A stretch of 32,000 nt of DNA from Hyperthermus butylicus DSM 5456. Lineage in GTDB: Archaea > Thermoproteota > Thermoprotei_A > Sulfolobales > Pyrodictiaceae. Below, piece by piece: positions 1-9,191 of the stretch (within the stretch, counting starts at the first letter, position 1; each line of letters starts with the position of its first letter). A program made the position numbers and the translations under genes. The notes under the pieces are model-generated. The model was not told the origin of the DNA. It ran no database searches and saw only the letters and a list, made by a program, of their open reading frames with translations. The DNA lies in contig NC_008818.1 in NCBI RefSeq assembly GCF_000015145.1, positions 840,001 to 872,000 on the forward strand, in the 5' to 3' direction.

Positions 1-70
1 GATTTCGTCTACATGCTTGACACGCATACCCTACTAACACCCGGTGAAGGGGCGAGTAACGGTCCCCGGG

Positions 71-78
71 TTATAAAG
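71..78 (-). promoter_or_regulatory. TATA-box candidate (CTTTATAA on minus strand) upstream of an ATG at 27-25 whose ORF (MRVKHVDEI...) runs off the left window edge
   Basis: A perfect TTTATAA-type box lies about 47 nt upstream of a minus-strand ATG that is open to position 1. Only 9 codons of the putative gene are visible. Confidence 0.3.
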
Positions 79-137
79 TACTGGGCTCTCTCTTGTTGCC
101 CCACCCGGCTCCCGCTCCATGGGCGTCAGGATTGCTG

Positions 138-836
138 CTACTCCCGCTCTGCTTTGGAAGACGTATATGGAGCATGTATTACGCGGTACACCTTTACGGC
201 TCTCTCATAGCCAAGAACCTTCTCAAGCTCAACTATTGATGCTCTGCATATAGCCTCTATACTGCCGAATTTTTCAAGGAGCCTCTCCGCGAGCCTAGGC
301 CCTATGCCGGGCAGGCTCTGGACAACATATAGCTGCTGCATCCACAGCTTCTCGAGCCTCGGCTTCCTATGTATAACCACGGGCCTCTGCTTCAGAGCCT
401 GCTCACGACACGCAACACTATAGATTATTTTTGCTGACTCTTCCGGACCACTGCTCCAGACGATCCTTACACTATAGTCGAGGCTTATCGCCAATAGGGC
501 AAGCTTAACCTGCAATGCACGCGAGGTAACCCTTTCCAGCTCTGCTGGGTCACCCTCAACGAGTATTATTGGGACTTCATAGTGCTCGCTCAGCCTTCTA
601 GCCTGGTCGTAGAGCCTGCCATCGAAAAGGCTTGCTGCAAGGTCGTGCATGGTCTTCCTCTCGAATGCAACCCTATCCGAAACAATGTAATCGCCGACAC
701 CTGCAACAGTGTAGATTACGGCTGCACCCATCTCCCTCAATAAGCGGGGAATGGGGCTAGCCTTCTCCCTCTCGTCAACGTAGACCCGCGGCCTACTACA
801 CTCGGGCAAGAGCTGTACCCCGTTTAGCTGCTGCAC
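138..836 (-). CDS. xpf: XPF/ERCC4-family structure-specific endonuclease, short crenarchaeal form (nuclease domain + HhH2, no helicase domain)
   Basis: ERCC4 signature GDYIVSDRVAFERKTMHDL (GDX..ERK...D). C-terminal helix-hairpin-helix LPGIGPRLAERLLEKFGS. The 232 aa length matches the Sulfolobus-type short XPF. The longest ORF starts at GTG 836, and TTG at 809 is an alternative start. Confidence 0.9.
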   Translation of the reverse strand: MQQLNGVQLLPECSRPRVYVDEREKASPIPRLLREMGAAVIYTVAGVGDYIVSDRVAFERKTMHDLAASLFDGRLYDQARRLSEHYEVPIILVEGDPAELERVTSRALQVKLALLAISLDYSVRIVWSSGPEESAKIIYSVACREQALKQRPVVIHRKPRLEKLWMQQLYVVQSLPGIGPRLAERLLEKFGSIEAICRASIVELEKVLGYERAVKVYRVIHAPYTSSKAERE

Positions 837-841
837 AACCC

Positions 842-850
842 GTTAATAGC
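842..850 (+). promoter_or_regulatory. TATA-like box (GTTAATAGC) for sRNA at 871-959
   Basis: Its centre lies about 26 nt upstream of AUGCCC at 871. The same geometry and a similar (A/T)TA(A/T)TAG core occur upstream of the sRNAs at 12719 and 27210. Confidence 0.45.
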
Positions 851-870
851 TTGTAAACCATGGAGCTAGG

Positions 871-959
871 ATGCCCTGGAGGGGCTGTGAGGAATACGCT
901 AGAGGCCGACACGAAACCCCGGGAGAGTCGCGTGAGGATAGTCCGGCGCACCGAGCCCT
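871..959 (+). ncRNA. Box C/D-architecture sRNA with non-canonical boxes (C and C' = GUGAGGA, D' and D = CCGA)
   Basis: GGGGC(881-885)-UGU-GAGGA(889-893)-12 nt-CCGA(906-909)-23 nt-U-GAGGA(934-938)-12 nt-CCGA(951-954)-GCCCU(955-959). GGGGC/GCCCU can form the terminal stem abutting the D box. The 5' end is inferred from TATA spacing. A hairpin plus TTTT at 967-996 follows. Confidence 0.6.
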
Positions 960-1063
960 TCAAGCATTGCTTGGACCTGCTGTGGCAGCAAGTTTTAGGG
1001 GTTCAGCACCGGGTACCCCGGGCCTGGGGTAGGACTTAGACTAGGGCTGCGAGGGGGGATGCC

Positions 1064-1582
1064 TTGGCTAAGACTAGTGGGCGTAAGAAAAAGGAGCCCG
1101 TGAGCGGCACGAAGAAGGAGCTTGTCATACAGACTAGACCCGCCATAACAAGGGACCAGGTCGAGAAGGATGAGAGGAAGCGTCGCCTCCTCCTAGTGTT
1201 AAAGGCTATGGAGGACCAGGGCGGCATATATGAGAGGAGTCTAGCCCACCTAGTCTACTGGCTACAGAAGGAGAAGGACTTCGACCTAGGCTACAACTTC
1301 TACCTTGTAGGCGACGTACCAATATCTAAGGAGCTACACGAGGACATTGTGGCACTACTCTATGTGGGCCTCGCCGAGACCGACCCCAAGACCAAGAAGC
1401 TTAGGCTTACAAGCGACGGGAAGGAGTTCCTAGAAACCAAGGGTTACGACAAGGAGTTCTATGATAAACTACAAGCAGCCATAGACGAGTATAAACCGAA
1501 GATAGCAGCTATAGATGCACAGATAGAACTCACAACGATACTCTCCAGGCCACGTGCAGCCCGGAGAAGGAGGCTCTTCTAG
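1064..1582 (+). CDS. Hypothetical protein with a Lys/Arg-rich N-terminal tail and a possible winged-helix-like core
   Basis: 172-aa ORF with a TTG start, preceded by GAGGGGGG. No recognised catalytic motif. The start codon is uncertain. Confidence 0.5.
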   Translation: MAKTSGRKKKEPVSGTKKELVIQTRPAITRDQVEKDERKRRLLLVLKAMEDQGGIYERSLAHLVYWLQKEKDFDLGYNFYLVGDVPISKELHEDIVALLYVGLAETDPKTKKLRLTSDGKEFLETKGYDKEFYDKLQAAIDEYKPKIAAIDAQIELTTILSRPRAARRRRLF

Positions 1583-1791
1583 CCTTCCCACATCCGCACC
1601 TTTTCCATCCTCCCCGCCTAATCCTGCCTCCCGCTGTACTGCTGCGCCGCGTTAGCGATAACCCCCTCCCCAAAGACACTCCTACCATATCTCTACACGG
1701 CGGGGGGTCAGGGCCCCGGCGACGCCGCCGCTGGCGGCTGGGTGAGCCGGGAGACGAATTGCACGTCGCCCACCATTCCTCCATTACCGTC

Positions 1792-3093
1792 CTAGGGTTC
1801 TAGGAGTGATATGAAGAAGCCCTGGGTCTGGTGCAGGCTTGGCAGGAACCTTGCCGTCTTGCGGGCTACATCACCGTAAACAGCATAGCCATGGGCGGCG
1901 GGGATTCTTGGTCTCCGTAGGCTTGCTGCGCCACGCTCAATAATCTTTACTACCTGCTCCTCACCCTCCATGGGTAGGATGCTGCAGACAGCATAGACTG
2001 CTGGAGCCCGGTACTTTAGCGCTGTTTCCAGCATCGCAGCTTGGAGTGGGGGGAACCTTGCAACCCAGTTGAGATCGTCTAGGTGGAGCTTTATTGCTGG
2101 ATCCTTGCCCACTGCACCACTGCTTGTACATGGAGCATCTAGCATTACTTTTGACGGTTTTAGCCTTAGGTGTAGTGTTGTAGAGTCTGCTTGTACTACC
2201 TCGATACGGCTAATATCAACACCATACATGCGTAGTAGGCGCTTTGTCCTCTGGAGACGCGCCCAGGAGACGTCTACAGCTATTATCCTCGCCCTGTTCT
2301 CAGTGAGCTGCATCACCAGCGTATCCTTTACGCCGGGGGCCGCAGCCAAGTCCAATATCACGTCTCCAGGCTCCGGCTCTAGGGCCTCGACAACCATTGC
2401 TGAGGCCTTGTCCTGGAACACTATTTCGCCACGCCACATCTCCTCAAGATGGTGTAGTGGTTCACTAAAGTCTACAACCTCCAGCATGTAGGGTAGATCC
2501 CGGTCTCTGCGCACTATGACGCCTTTCTCCTCTAGCCGGGCTGCAACACGATCCGGATCAGCCTTGAGCGTATTGACCCTTATCCACCACTTCTCCTCGT
2601 TGAGAGACGCCAAGAGCCTTTCAGCACTGTAAGGGCCGAGAAGTTGGAGTATCAGTTTGGTAAACCAGGTGGGAAAAGAGTATTTTATTGCAAGTTTCTC
2701 AGCTTCAGAGCCTGCTGTCTCAATAACGTCCTCTATACTCTCCACATGGCGTGGCAGTGTCTTCAGCAGTTTCCTCCGCAGCCTCTCTACTCCATCGATG
2801 TAGGGCTGGAGGTACTCCTTCTCCGGGCCTAGGAGGGCTAGCCATAGCCTTGCAGCCCTCTTGGAGCCGCCCGTAGCGCCATAGACGTACTTTTCTATGT
2901 GCCTTACCGTGTGGTAGTCCGATACTATATCATGAGAGACCTTGTAGAGCACCCTTGGCGGTACAATGTTCAATGCTTTACGGTACTCTCTCGCTGCAGC
3001 TTGGTAGGCCCTATCATGGCTTACATGCCTTGTCAGTACATGGTAGAGGACACGAGCACTAAAGTCTACTATGACCTTTACTTGTCTCTCCAT
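1792..3093 (-). CDS. NOL1/NOP2/Sun-family RNA (cytosine-C5)-methyltransferase (RsmB/Nop2-like)
   Basis: SAM motif DLAAAPGVKDT. Catalytic motif IV MLDAPCTSSG. Motif VI YAVCSILPMEGEE. 433 aa with an N-terminal helical extension. Confidence 0.85.
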   Translation of the reverse strand: MERQVKVIVDFSARVLYHVLTRHVSHDRAYQAAAREYRKALNIVPPRVLYKVSHDIVSDYHTVRHIEKYVYGATGGSKRAARLWLALLGPEKEYLQPYIDGVERLRRKLLKTLPRHVESIEDVIETAGSEAEKLAIKYSFPTWFTKLILQLLGPYSAERLLASLNEEKWWIRVNTLKADPDRVAARLEEKGVIVRRDRDLPYMLEVVDFSEPLHHLEEMWRGEIVFQDKASAMVVEALEPEPGDVILDLAAAPGVKDTLVMQLTENRARIIAVDVSWARLQRTKRLLRMYGVDISRIEVVQADSTTLHLRLKPSKVMLDAPCTSSGAVGKDPAIKLHLDDLNWVARFPPLQAAMLETALKYRAPAVYAVCSILPMEGEEQVVKIIERGAASLRRPRIPAAHGYAVYGDVARKTARFLPSLHQTQGFFISLLEP

Positions 3094-3159
3094 AGCCTAT
3101 ATACGCACCCGAGAACTACCAGGGTTACCGGGATACAGCCAATATTGTATCATGAGCCA

Positions 3160-3223
3160 GTGATGATAGGTGGGCTTACCAGAGCCCGCAAAAGGGGGCC
3201 GTGAAGAGTGTGGCCGTATCTGA
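3160..3223 (+). ncRNA. Box C/D sRNA (canonical C and D boxes)
   Basis: C GUGAUGA 3160-3166. A 12-13 nt spacer. D' CAGA 3180-3183. Hairpin GCCC(3184-87)/GGGC(3196-99). 3-nt bulge CGU. C' GAAGA 3203-3207. 12-nt spacer 3208-3219. D CUGA 3220-3223. It lies in the spacer between two minus-strand genes. No obvious terminal stem. Confidence 0.65.
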
Positions 3224-3254
3224 GGAGCCGGCACAACCCCAGAATCTTTACAGG

Positions 3255-3998
3255 CTAGCTCTGCTTTTCTCCGAGGAGGTAGTCGAGGAGCGACCTCTGC
3301 CCCCGTGGAGGTTGCGTCGTAGCCTGCTTCTCCACGTACCAGCCCGGAGCTATACGCTTCAGTGTGGACCATGTTCTCCGTACGAACCACGGCGGGTTTG
3401 CAGGGTTCCGCCTATACTCTTCTGCAAGCCATGCTATGGTCTCGGGATCTGTTGGATAGCCAGAGCCCCTTACACCGTAGAGCCTGCGTAGCATCCTTAT
3501 CTCCGCGTCACGCACAACCTTAGCAACAATACTCGCCGCAGAGACTATGGGATACGTTTTATCAGCACCCGGCTCGGCTATGACGCGTACGCCTAGCCTA
3601 CCAGAGAGTCTTGCAGCCAGCTTCTCGGGGCTACCCACAGCATCGACGTAGACTGCCTCGGGGCTATCGTGGACACCAGCTATCCTTGACGCTATGTACT
3701 CGAAGGTCTCGACTTCTAGCTGGTTTAGGTTTACAGCATCTAGGAGCGCTGGAGGCAGCTTCACTATAACACTGTGTAGTGCTACGCGGAGAATCTCGCC
3801 GTAGAGCTTTGCACGGACAACCGGTGTGAGTTGTTTACTATCCCTAACCCCTAGTGCTACAAGCTTGTCGATATCATTGCTGCACACAGCAACTCCTACA
3901 ACGACCATTGGCCCTATAACTGGCCCTCTACCAGCCTCGTCGATGCCGATAGCATAGCGGCATCTTCTCCGTTGCACCATTCTACACGCCCCTTCCAA
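3255..3998 (-). CDS. rnhB: Ribonuclease HII
   Basis: N-terminal IGIDEAGRGPVIGPMVV and DSKQLTP motifs typical of RNase HII. The longest ORF starts at TTG 3998, and ATG at 3980 is the likelier start. Confidence 0.9.
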   Translation of the reverse strand: MEGACRMVQRRRCRYAIGIDEAGRGPVIGPMVVVGVAVCSNDIDKLVALGVRDSKQLTPVVRAKLYGEILRVALHSVIVKLPPALLDAVNLNQLEVETFEYIASRIAGVHDSPEAVYVDAVGSPEKLAARLSGRLGVRVIAEPGADKTYPIVSAASIVAKVVRDAEIRMLRRLYGVRGSGYPTDPETIAWLAEEYRRNPANPPWFVRRTWSTLKRIAPGWYVEKQATTQPPRGQRSLLDYLLGEKQS

Positions 3999-4001
3999 CT
4001 G

Positions 4002-4892
4002 TTAGCCACAAGTATAGCCTGCTAGCCCCTCATATGCTATGCATGCTGCCTCCTCTGGGTCGACCAGCTCAACCCCCTTAAGCTCTAGGCCCCAGCGCTC
4101 CACGAGTTCCCGAAGCAGTGGCTCAGCAGCTTCGAGTTCCGGCATGCAACTGTTATCGTGCAGGAGCAGCTTACAACCCACATAGGCTTTAACCTCGTTG
4201 CCGCTTCTAGCTATGCTCACCGTTTTCACTGCGCCAACGCCCTCTACGTCCAGTCTCTCAGCCAGCCTCGCCACGAGGCTGCACTCGCCGCTACCCGTAA
4301 CCGGCTGGCCCGACATGGCTGCCCGGTATACCCTCGCTAGGCACGCCAGCTCCTCGCCTAGCCCGAGCCGAGCCTTCTGAACAACAATGTCAGCCGCATG
4401 CTCTACTAGGCTAGCTCTATAGGCGTCCCCTCCAGTAAATGCTGCATTGATATGCCTCTTAGCCTCAGCTGCCAGGTTCACGCCGCTACGGGCCAGGGCA
4501 TCAAGTACTACTAGCGTGCGGAGGTGCAGCGGAGACTGCAACCGTGCAATCAACTGTACTGGTAGCTCTGAGAGATTGTATCCAGACACGACCATGTAGG
4601 CTGCTTCTACGAGCTTTTCACCACCATACCCTTCAACTACTACCGTTGCACTAACTGCTTGCTCGCGGAGCCAGCCAACGAGGCCAAGTATGGAAAATAG
4701 TGTTGGCGAGTCCCGTGGCGACAGCGGGTAAACCTGCACTTCTACCCCAAGCTCACGGTAGCGGCTGGCCCTCACTAGCGCTTCAACACCATCGCCCACG
4801 ACGAGAACAAGATCCGCTGTTGCTGCACGACGCAGTAGCTCCCTACCCTCGCCAATCTCGGCAAAGATGAGGTTAGTAATTAGCCCCGTCAA
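4002..4892 (-). CDS. Hypothetical protein (296 aa), function not recognised
   Basis: Long ORF with a TTG start. Its stop lies 3 nt upstream of the rnhB ORF, which suggests co-transcription. No motif recognised. Confidence 0.55.
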   Translation of the reverse strand: MTGLITNLIFAEIGEGRELLRRAATADLVLVVGDGVEALVRASRYRELGVEVQVYPLSPRDSPTLFSILGLVGWLREQAVSATVVVEGYGGEKLVEAAYMVVSGYNLSELPVQLIARLQSPLHLRTLVVLDALARSGVNLAAEAKRHINAAFTGGDAYRASLVEHAADIVVQKARLGLGEELACLARVYRAAMSGQPVTGSGECSLVARLAERLDVEGVGAVKTVSIARSGNEVKAYVGCKLLLHDNSCMPELEAAEPLLRELVERWGLELKGVELVDPEEAACIAYEGLAGYTCG

Positions 4893-5046
4893 GCCTTTAC
4901 TACACCCTTGGCGCTGGAGGAGGCTCAGCCTAGTATGCGGTCTTCACAGCACAGCTGGGAGCTACGCTCCCGGATTCCACATCACAGCCTCCACCTATGA
5001 GGAAGGATGTGTACGGGTTTATGACTTCAACCTTGCCTATCTAGCT

Positions 5047-6970
5047 CTACCAGTCTCTTCCGACTTCTCGGTGCGACGTTCGCTTACCTCTACGCGCTGC
5101 CTCGAGTATTGATGGAAAGAGCGCATCGGTAATGTCTTCGAGTAGTATCACGCCTGCATACTTGTAGCCGGGGCCTGCAACAACCCACGTAGTCAGCACC
5201 ATATATCACCATTTCCTCTAGCGCTCTAACAATACAGTCATCAATGTAGACTATTGGTGGCTGTGTTAGGGAGACCTCGGCGACAAGCTCTTCCGAGCGT
5301 AAGGCATAGCGGAGATCAAGCCCTATGTAGCCAGGGTCTAGTACACCTACAATTCTCCCGTAGTCATCTACGACCGGCATTATGCGGAGCTTCTGTCTTA
5401 TCATCCTCTTAACGACGTCTCTGAGTTTTTCGTTCCAGTTTGCAGCAGTTATGTGCCTTATCGGGAACTCTCTAACCTTTATACATGTCTTCTGGCCACG
5501 GAGGATCTCAAGGAGAGACTCCACGGTAAATATAGCGGGGGGCACCTTGTGGGGTAGCTGTGACTCAACAATGCTGACGTTGCCAAGGGCAAGCGACGCC
5601 GTTAGGGAGGATATGAGGGCTGGCACGACTAGTGCTGGTGTACCACCTATCTCTGCCACGAAGAATGAGAGGCCAACAGATACCTTTGAAGCTGCACCAA
5701 AGAGGCTCGCCATGCCGAGGTAGGCATAGACCCCTGGGGGTATCCCGGTGTAGTCGTGGACTATGAGGCCAAAAACTTCACCTATCATAGCCCCGGCGAA
5801 TAGGCCTGGTGCTAGCAGCCCACCACTACCACCACTACCGACTGTCAAGGACGTAACTACTATCTTTAGAATAGCCAGCAGCAGCGCAGTCAAGAGTAGG
5901 CTATCGCCGAATAACCTTACTAGACCCGGCATTTCGCCTTGCTGAAATCCTTCGAGCATCAACGAGAGTAACTCCTCACCAGTACCGAGCACATGGGGCA
6001 CAAAAGCGCCTATGACACCAACGAGCAACGCACCAATGACGGGGCCAATCCATTGGGGGATACGATGTTCTCTATGGAGCTTCTCGAAGACCCTCCTGGT
6101 TCTCGTGAACACGTAGACATACATATAGGCAAAGGGTGCAGTGAAAAGACCTAGCAATATGTAGGATGCTAGCACATCCAAGCTATACATCCTCGATAAA
6201 CTGTCAATTGCGAGTGATGGCAGCTTATACCCTGGGCCCAGGATGTGTAGGGATAGGGAGTACGAGATTATCGACGCGAAAAGGGCTGGTATCAAAGCAT
6301 TTAGCTCCATATCCCTCATGTAGAGTACTTCCACGGCGAATATTGCTGATCCTACGGGGCTCTGAAAGATGAATGATAGAGCCGCAGCCATGCCGGCTAC
6401 AAGCATTATCTTTCTCTCCACAACACCCATGCCAAGGTATTTTGCTATTGAGGAGCCTGCAGCACCACCAATCTGTATTGAGGGACCCTCTGGCCCTGCA
6501 CTACCGCCGGTGCCTAGCAGTATAGCCGATGCCACCGCCTTTACTATGGCTACCCTCGGCCTCATTATACCGGCCCTATGGTGGTACGCGTATACCGCCG
6601 CGTCTGTACCGCCACCAGCCGCCTCGGGCTCAAACTTGTAGACTATCAAGCTTGCAGCTAGCGCGCCGACACCGAGTATAACGGGTATCAGTGGTTTGTG
6701 TCGAGCTAGGAGCGCAACTATGGAGTAGTCTGATATCTTCATAACTATTTCCGGCCCAGCTACGCCATGAATGTAGGCTGCGCCCGCAAGAACAAGCCTT
6801 AGAAGCACATAGAACAAGCCTATGGCGAGTGATGAAACTACAGCAGCAACAATGCTTATGAGGAGCCAGCGTTCAACATAGCCCAGGTGTTTTAGCACAG
6901 CCCGTACAGCTTCGTCAAGCTTCCTAGCCAGAATCGCTATTACCGCCATGACTCTACGCGTCCCCATCAA
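5047..6970 (-). CDS. ClC-family chloride channel/antiporter with a C-terminal CBS pair, with the 3' end disrupted by an apparent 1-nt frameshift
   Basis: ClC motifs GGSAGPEGPSIQIGG and GGLLAPGLFAGAM. CBS-like IMPVVDDYGRIVGVLD. The called ORF ends at 5090 with an implausible Cys/Arg-rich tail. Skipping one G at 5184-5186 restores a CBS-like tail (VVAGPGYKYAGVILLEDITDALFPSILEAAR...) that ends at stop 5047-5049. Confidence 0.85.
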
Positions 6971-7051
6971 TGCTAGCTGGAGCGGTGAGTTGAATAAGAG
7001 GAGTATTCTCCTTAAGCCCCCGCGCCACTGGGAGGGCTGGGTGGCCAGGGT

Positions 7052-7642
7052 ATGGCGGCGAGCCAGCCCCTCGTGGATCTTGCGCAGGTAGCAAACGGTG
7101 CCCTCGAAGAGGCGCGAAAGGCAATTGAGTCTGGAACCTTCCTAGTACGAGTCTATGCGCTGCCACGCCCCAGGCTGAAGATTAGAGCTTCGAAGAGACT
7201 GATTGAGGTCGACGAGGGCCGCATGGCCAGACTAGAGTACGCATTATTCCGCGCGGTATCGGAGGCTAAGGCGAAAAACGCGAAGCCAACGTTTAAGGAG
7301 TATGCCGAACTCGTTGGCGACTACAAAGCTGCAGCAGCCTATCTTGCCACACTATGGCGTATGGGTTACGTGGTCTTCGACGATAATGAAAAGGCCCTCA
7401 AGATATACGAGGCTGCTGTATCGCTAAGCCAGAAGGGCTATGAGAGAAGGATCGCCAAGGCTCTAGATGCCACATTCGACCTAAACCTTGAGGTCCTACA
7501 GAAGCTACCACATGACGACATACTATGCGTATACCGGGAAGGCGAGTACATGTGCCGCTACATTGTTGCTAACTGCGAGCGCAGCCAGGCTAAGGCCCAG
7601 GTACGCGCCCTAATGGATACCGTCAAGGCACCGAAGAGCTAA
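7052..7642 (+). CDS. Hypothetical protein (196 aa)
   Basis: ATG-initiated ORF, divergent from the ClC gene across an 81-nt spacer. No motif recognised. Confidence 0.55.
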   Translation: MAASQPLVDLAQVANGALEEARKAIESGTFLVRVYALPRPRLKIRASKRLIEVDEGRMARLEYALFRAVSEAKAKNAKPTFKEYAELVGDYKAAAAYLATLWRMGYVVFDDNEKALKIYEAAVSLSQKGYERRIAKALDATFDLNLEVLQKLPHDDILCVYREGEYMCRYIVANCERSQAKAQVRALMDTVKAPKS

Positions 7643-7658
7643 AAAGGCAACACTACTG

Positions 7659-7663
7659 TTTTT
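7659..7663 (+). terminator. Oligo-T tract (TTTTT) 17 nt downstream of the stop of ORF 7052-7642
   Basis: Archaeal termination commonly uses short oligo-T runs, and this is the only T5 run in this spacer. Confidence 0.35.
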
Positions 7664-7763
7664 AGACATTAGGCCCAGCGGTAGGTCACCTGCTACTTTA
7701 TCTAGAGCCCCGGCACCCCATACGCATCAGCGCACGGCCCAACCAGCTCCTGGTGGTGACGGT

Positions 7764-8450
7764 TTGGTGCTCACTATTCGCTGGTGGCTTCATGCATGTT
7801 TTGAGATAGAGTATGAGGGGAAAAAACTAGTTATTGACCCCCACGATGGCGGCAGTCTTGGTGTCGGGCTCAACCCTCCAGCAACAAGGGCAGACTATGT
7901 TCTTATAACACACGACCATTACGATCATAATGCCGACAGCGTAGTAGCTGGCGATAGGACCTTAGTCGTAAAGTGGAGGACCGGCGAGTTTAGCCTGGGC
8001 CCATTCCGTATTAAGGGCGTGAAACTTCCCCACGACGAGTATGAGGGGAGGCTCCGCGGCTTCGTTGTAGCATACCGCATTGAGGCCGGCAACATTAGCA
8101 TTGTACACTTGTCTGACCTGGGTAGACCTTTACGCCCGGAGGAGGCTGAGGAACTAAAGCCTGTTCACATCGTGATGCTGCCTGCAGGTAATGTGTACAC
8201 GCTGCATCCGCGCCAGGCTCTCGATTCTGCAGCGCTTCTTGACGTAAAGATTGTTATCCCGATGCACTACTGGATTCCAGGTATGCAGCTACCCTTAGAG
8301 CCCCTGGATACCTTGCTACGCTACGCTAAGAAGTGGCGTGTGGTTCGCTACGACTCTAACGAGATTAGTCTAGGCCTTGAGGACATCCCTGAGCAGCGTA
8401 CGCTGCTAGTGCTGGCACCACCAGGCCAGGGTGCAGGTCGACATGGTTGA
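7764..8450 (+). CDS. Metallo-beta-lactamase-fold hydrolase
   Basis: HxHxDH motif ITHDHYDHNAD. GGTGGTGA SD-like element just upstream. TTG 7764 or GTG 7767 as start. Confidence 0.8.
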   Translation: MVLTIRWWLHACFEIEYEGKKLVIDPHDGGSLGVGLNPPATRADYVLITHDHYDHNADSVVAGDRTLVVKWRTGEFSLGPFRIKGVKLPHDEYEGRLRGFVVAYRIEAGNISIVHLSDLGRPLRPEEAEELKPVHIVMLPAGNVYTLHPRQALDSAALLDVKIVIPMHYWIPGMQLPLEPLDTLLRYAKKWRVVRYDSNEISLGLEDIPEQRTLLVLAPPGQGAGRHG

Positions 8451-9186
8451 TTGCGGCGAGACTGTGCTCGAGCTGCATGGGACGGTTAAGAGGTTTAAAC
8501 ATGGCCCTACAATAGGCCCCATATCGTTTACCGTGCGTCGGGGAGAGGTCTTTGCGCTTATAGGCCCGAATGGCGCGGGGAAAACAACCACCATAAGAAT
8601 GGTGCTTGGCATCTATAGGCCTGATGAGGGTTCTGTTCTTCTCTGCGGCTCGCCCCCGGAAAGGCTGAAGCTTTACAGTCTTGCAGCTTACGTGCCTGAG
8701 GAGACAGCTGTATACCCTAAGCTTACTGGGTGGGAGCACCTAGTATTCTACGCCACACTATATACCGGTGATAGGACCAGAGCTGTCAAGGTTGCAGAGA
8801 GGGCTGCAGAAGTCTCTGGGCTTGGAGACGCCCTTGGCAGGCTCGTGGAGGGATATAGTAAGGGTATGAAGAGGAGGCTCATACTGTCTCTAGCTCTTGC
8901 ACTTGAAACACCGCTCCTCGTATTAGACGAGCCCACGTCCGGACTCGACGTTCATAGTGCTGTTAGGATGAGAAGGCTTATCCGGAAAGCAGCAGACGAG
9001 GGGCGGGCTGTCCTCCTTTCGAGCCACAACATGTTTGAGGTGGAGTACCTGGCTGACAGGGTTGCCTTCATAGCTTCTGGCAAGATAATTGCCATAGGCA
9101 CTCCGGCAAGTCTTAAGCAGAGATACGCCGCGGAAAATCTTGAAGAGGCGTTTGTGAAGGCTGTAGAGGCTGCAGCTACGGTGTAG
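8443..9186 (+). CDS. ABC transporter ATP-binding protein (ABC-2 exporter type)
   Basis: Walker A GPNGAGKTT. Signature YSKGMKRRL. Walker B LLVLDEPTSGLD. H-loop SSHNM. ATG 8443 overlaps the upstream stop (ATGgtTGA). The longest ORF starts at GTG 8431. Confidence 0.9.
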   Translation: MVDCGETVLELHGTVKRFKHGPTIGPISFTVRRGEVFALIGPNGAGKTTTIRMVLGIYRPDEGSVLLCGSPPERLKLYSLAAYVPEETAVYPKLTGWEHLVFYATLYTGDRTRAVKVAERAAEVSGLGDALGRLVEGYSKGMKRRLILSLALALETPLLVLDEPTSGLDVHSAVRMRRLIRKAADEGRAVLLSSHNMFEVEYLADRVAFIASGKIIAIGTPASLKQRYAAENLEEAFVKAVEAAATV

Positions 9187-9191
9187 CGGCG

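Noticed and set aside
13-210. 65-aa plus-strand ORF at the left edge, overlapping the xpf 3' end.
   Set aside because: It overlaps the well-supported xpf gene, has a Cys-rich implausible translation and contains the minus-strand TATA box at 71-78.
1583-1791. 209-nt GC-rich spacer between convergent genes, pyrimidine-rich on the plus strand, with an 84-aa Arg-rich ORF (1530-1784) and a GCCGCC-GCT-GGCGGC hairpin.
   Set aside because: The ORF translation is low-complexity (RRRRRG, PPP). No C/D, H/ACA or tRNA features were found on either strand. It is most simply overlapping 3' UTR and termination space.
2069-2491. 140-aa plus-strand ORF inside the NOP2/Sun methyltransferase gene. Similar antisense ORFs occur at 2644-2832, 5382-5723, 5763-5945, 6166-6641, 16156-17554, 19410-20168, 20725-21063, 22802-23613, 24045-24413, 26282-26973, 28211-28477 and 29126-29359.
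   Set aside because: They are embedded antisense or out of frame within genes that have strong motif support. Their Ser/Pro/Arg/Cys-rich low-complexity translations are typical of shadow ORFs in GC-rich DNA.
3097-3491. ORFs 3097-3390 (-) and 3201-3491 (+) spanning the rnhB end and spacer.
   Set aside because: They overlap RNase HII out of frame and cover the C/D sRNA. Their Pro/Arg/Ser-rich translations give no support.
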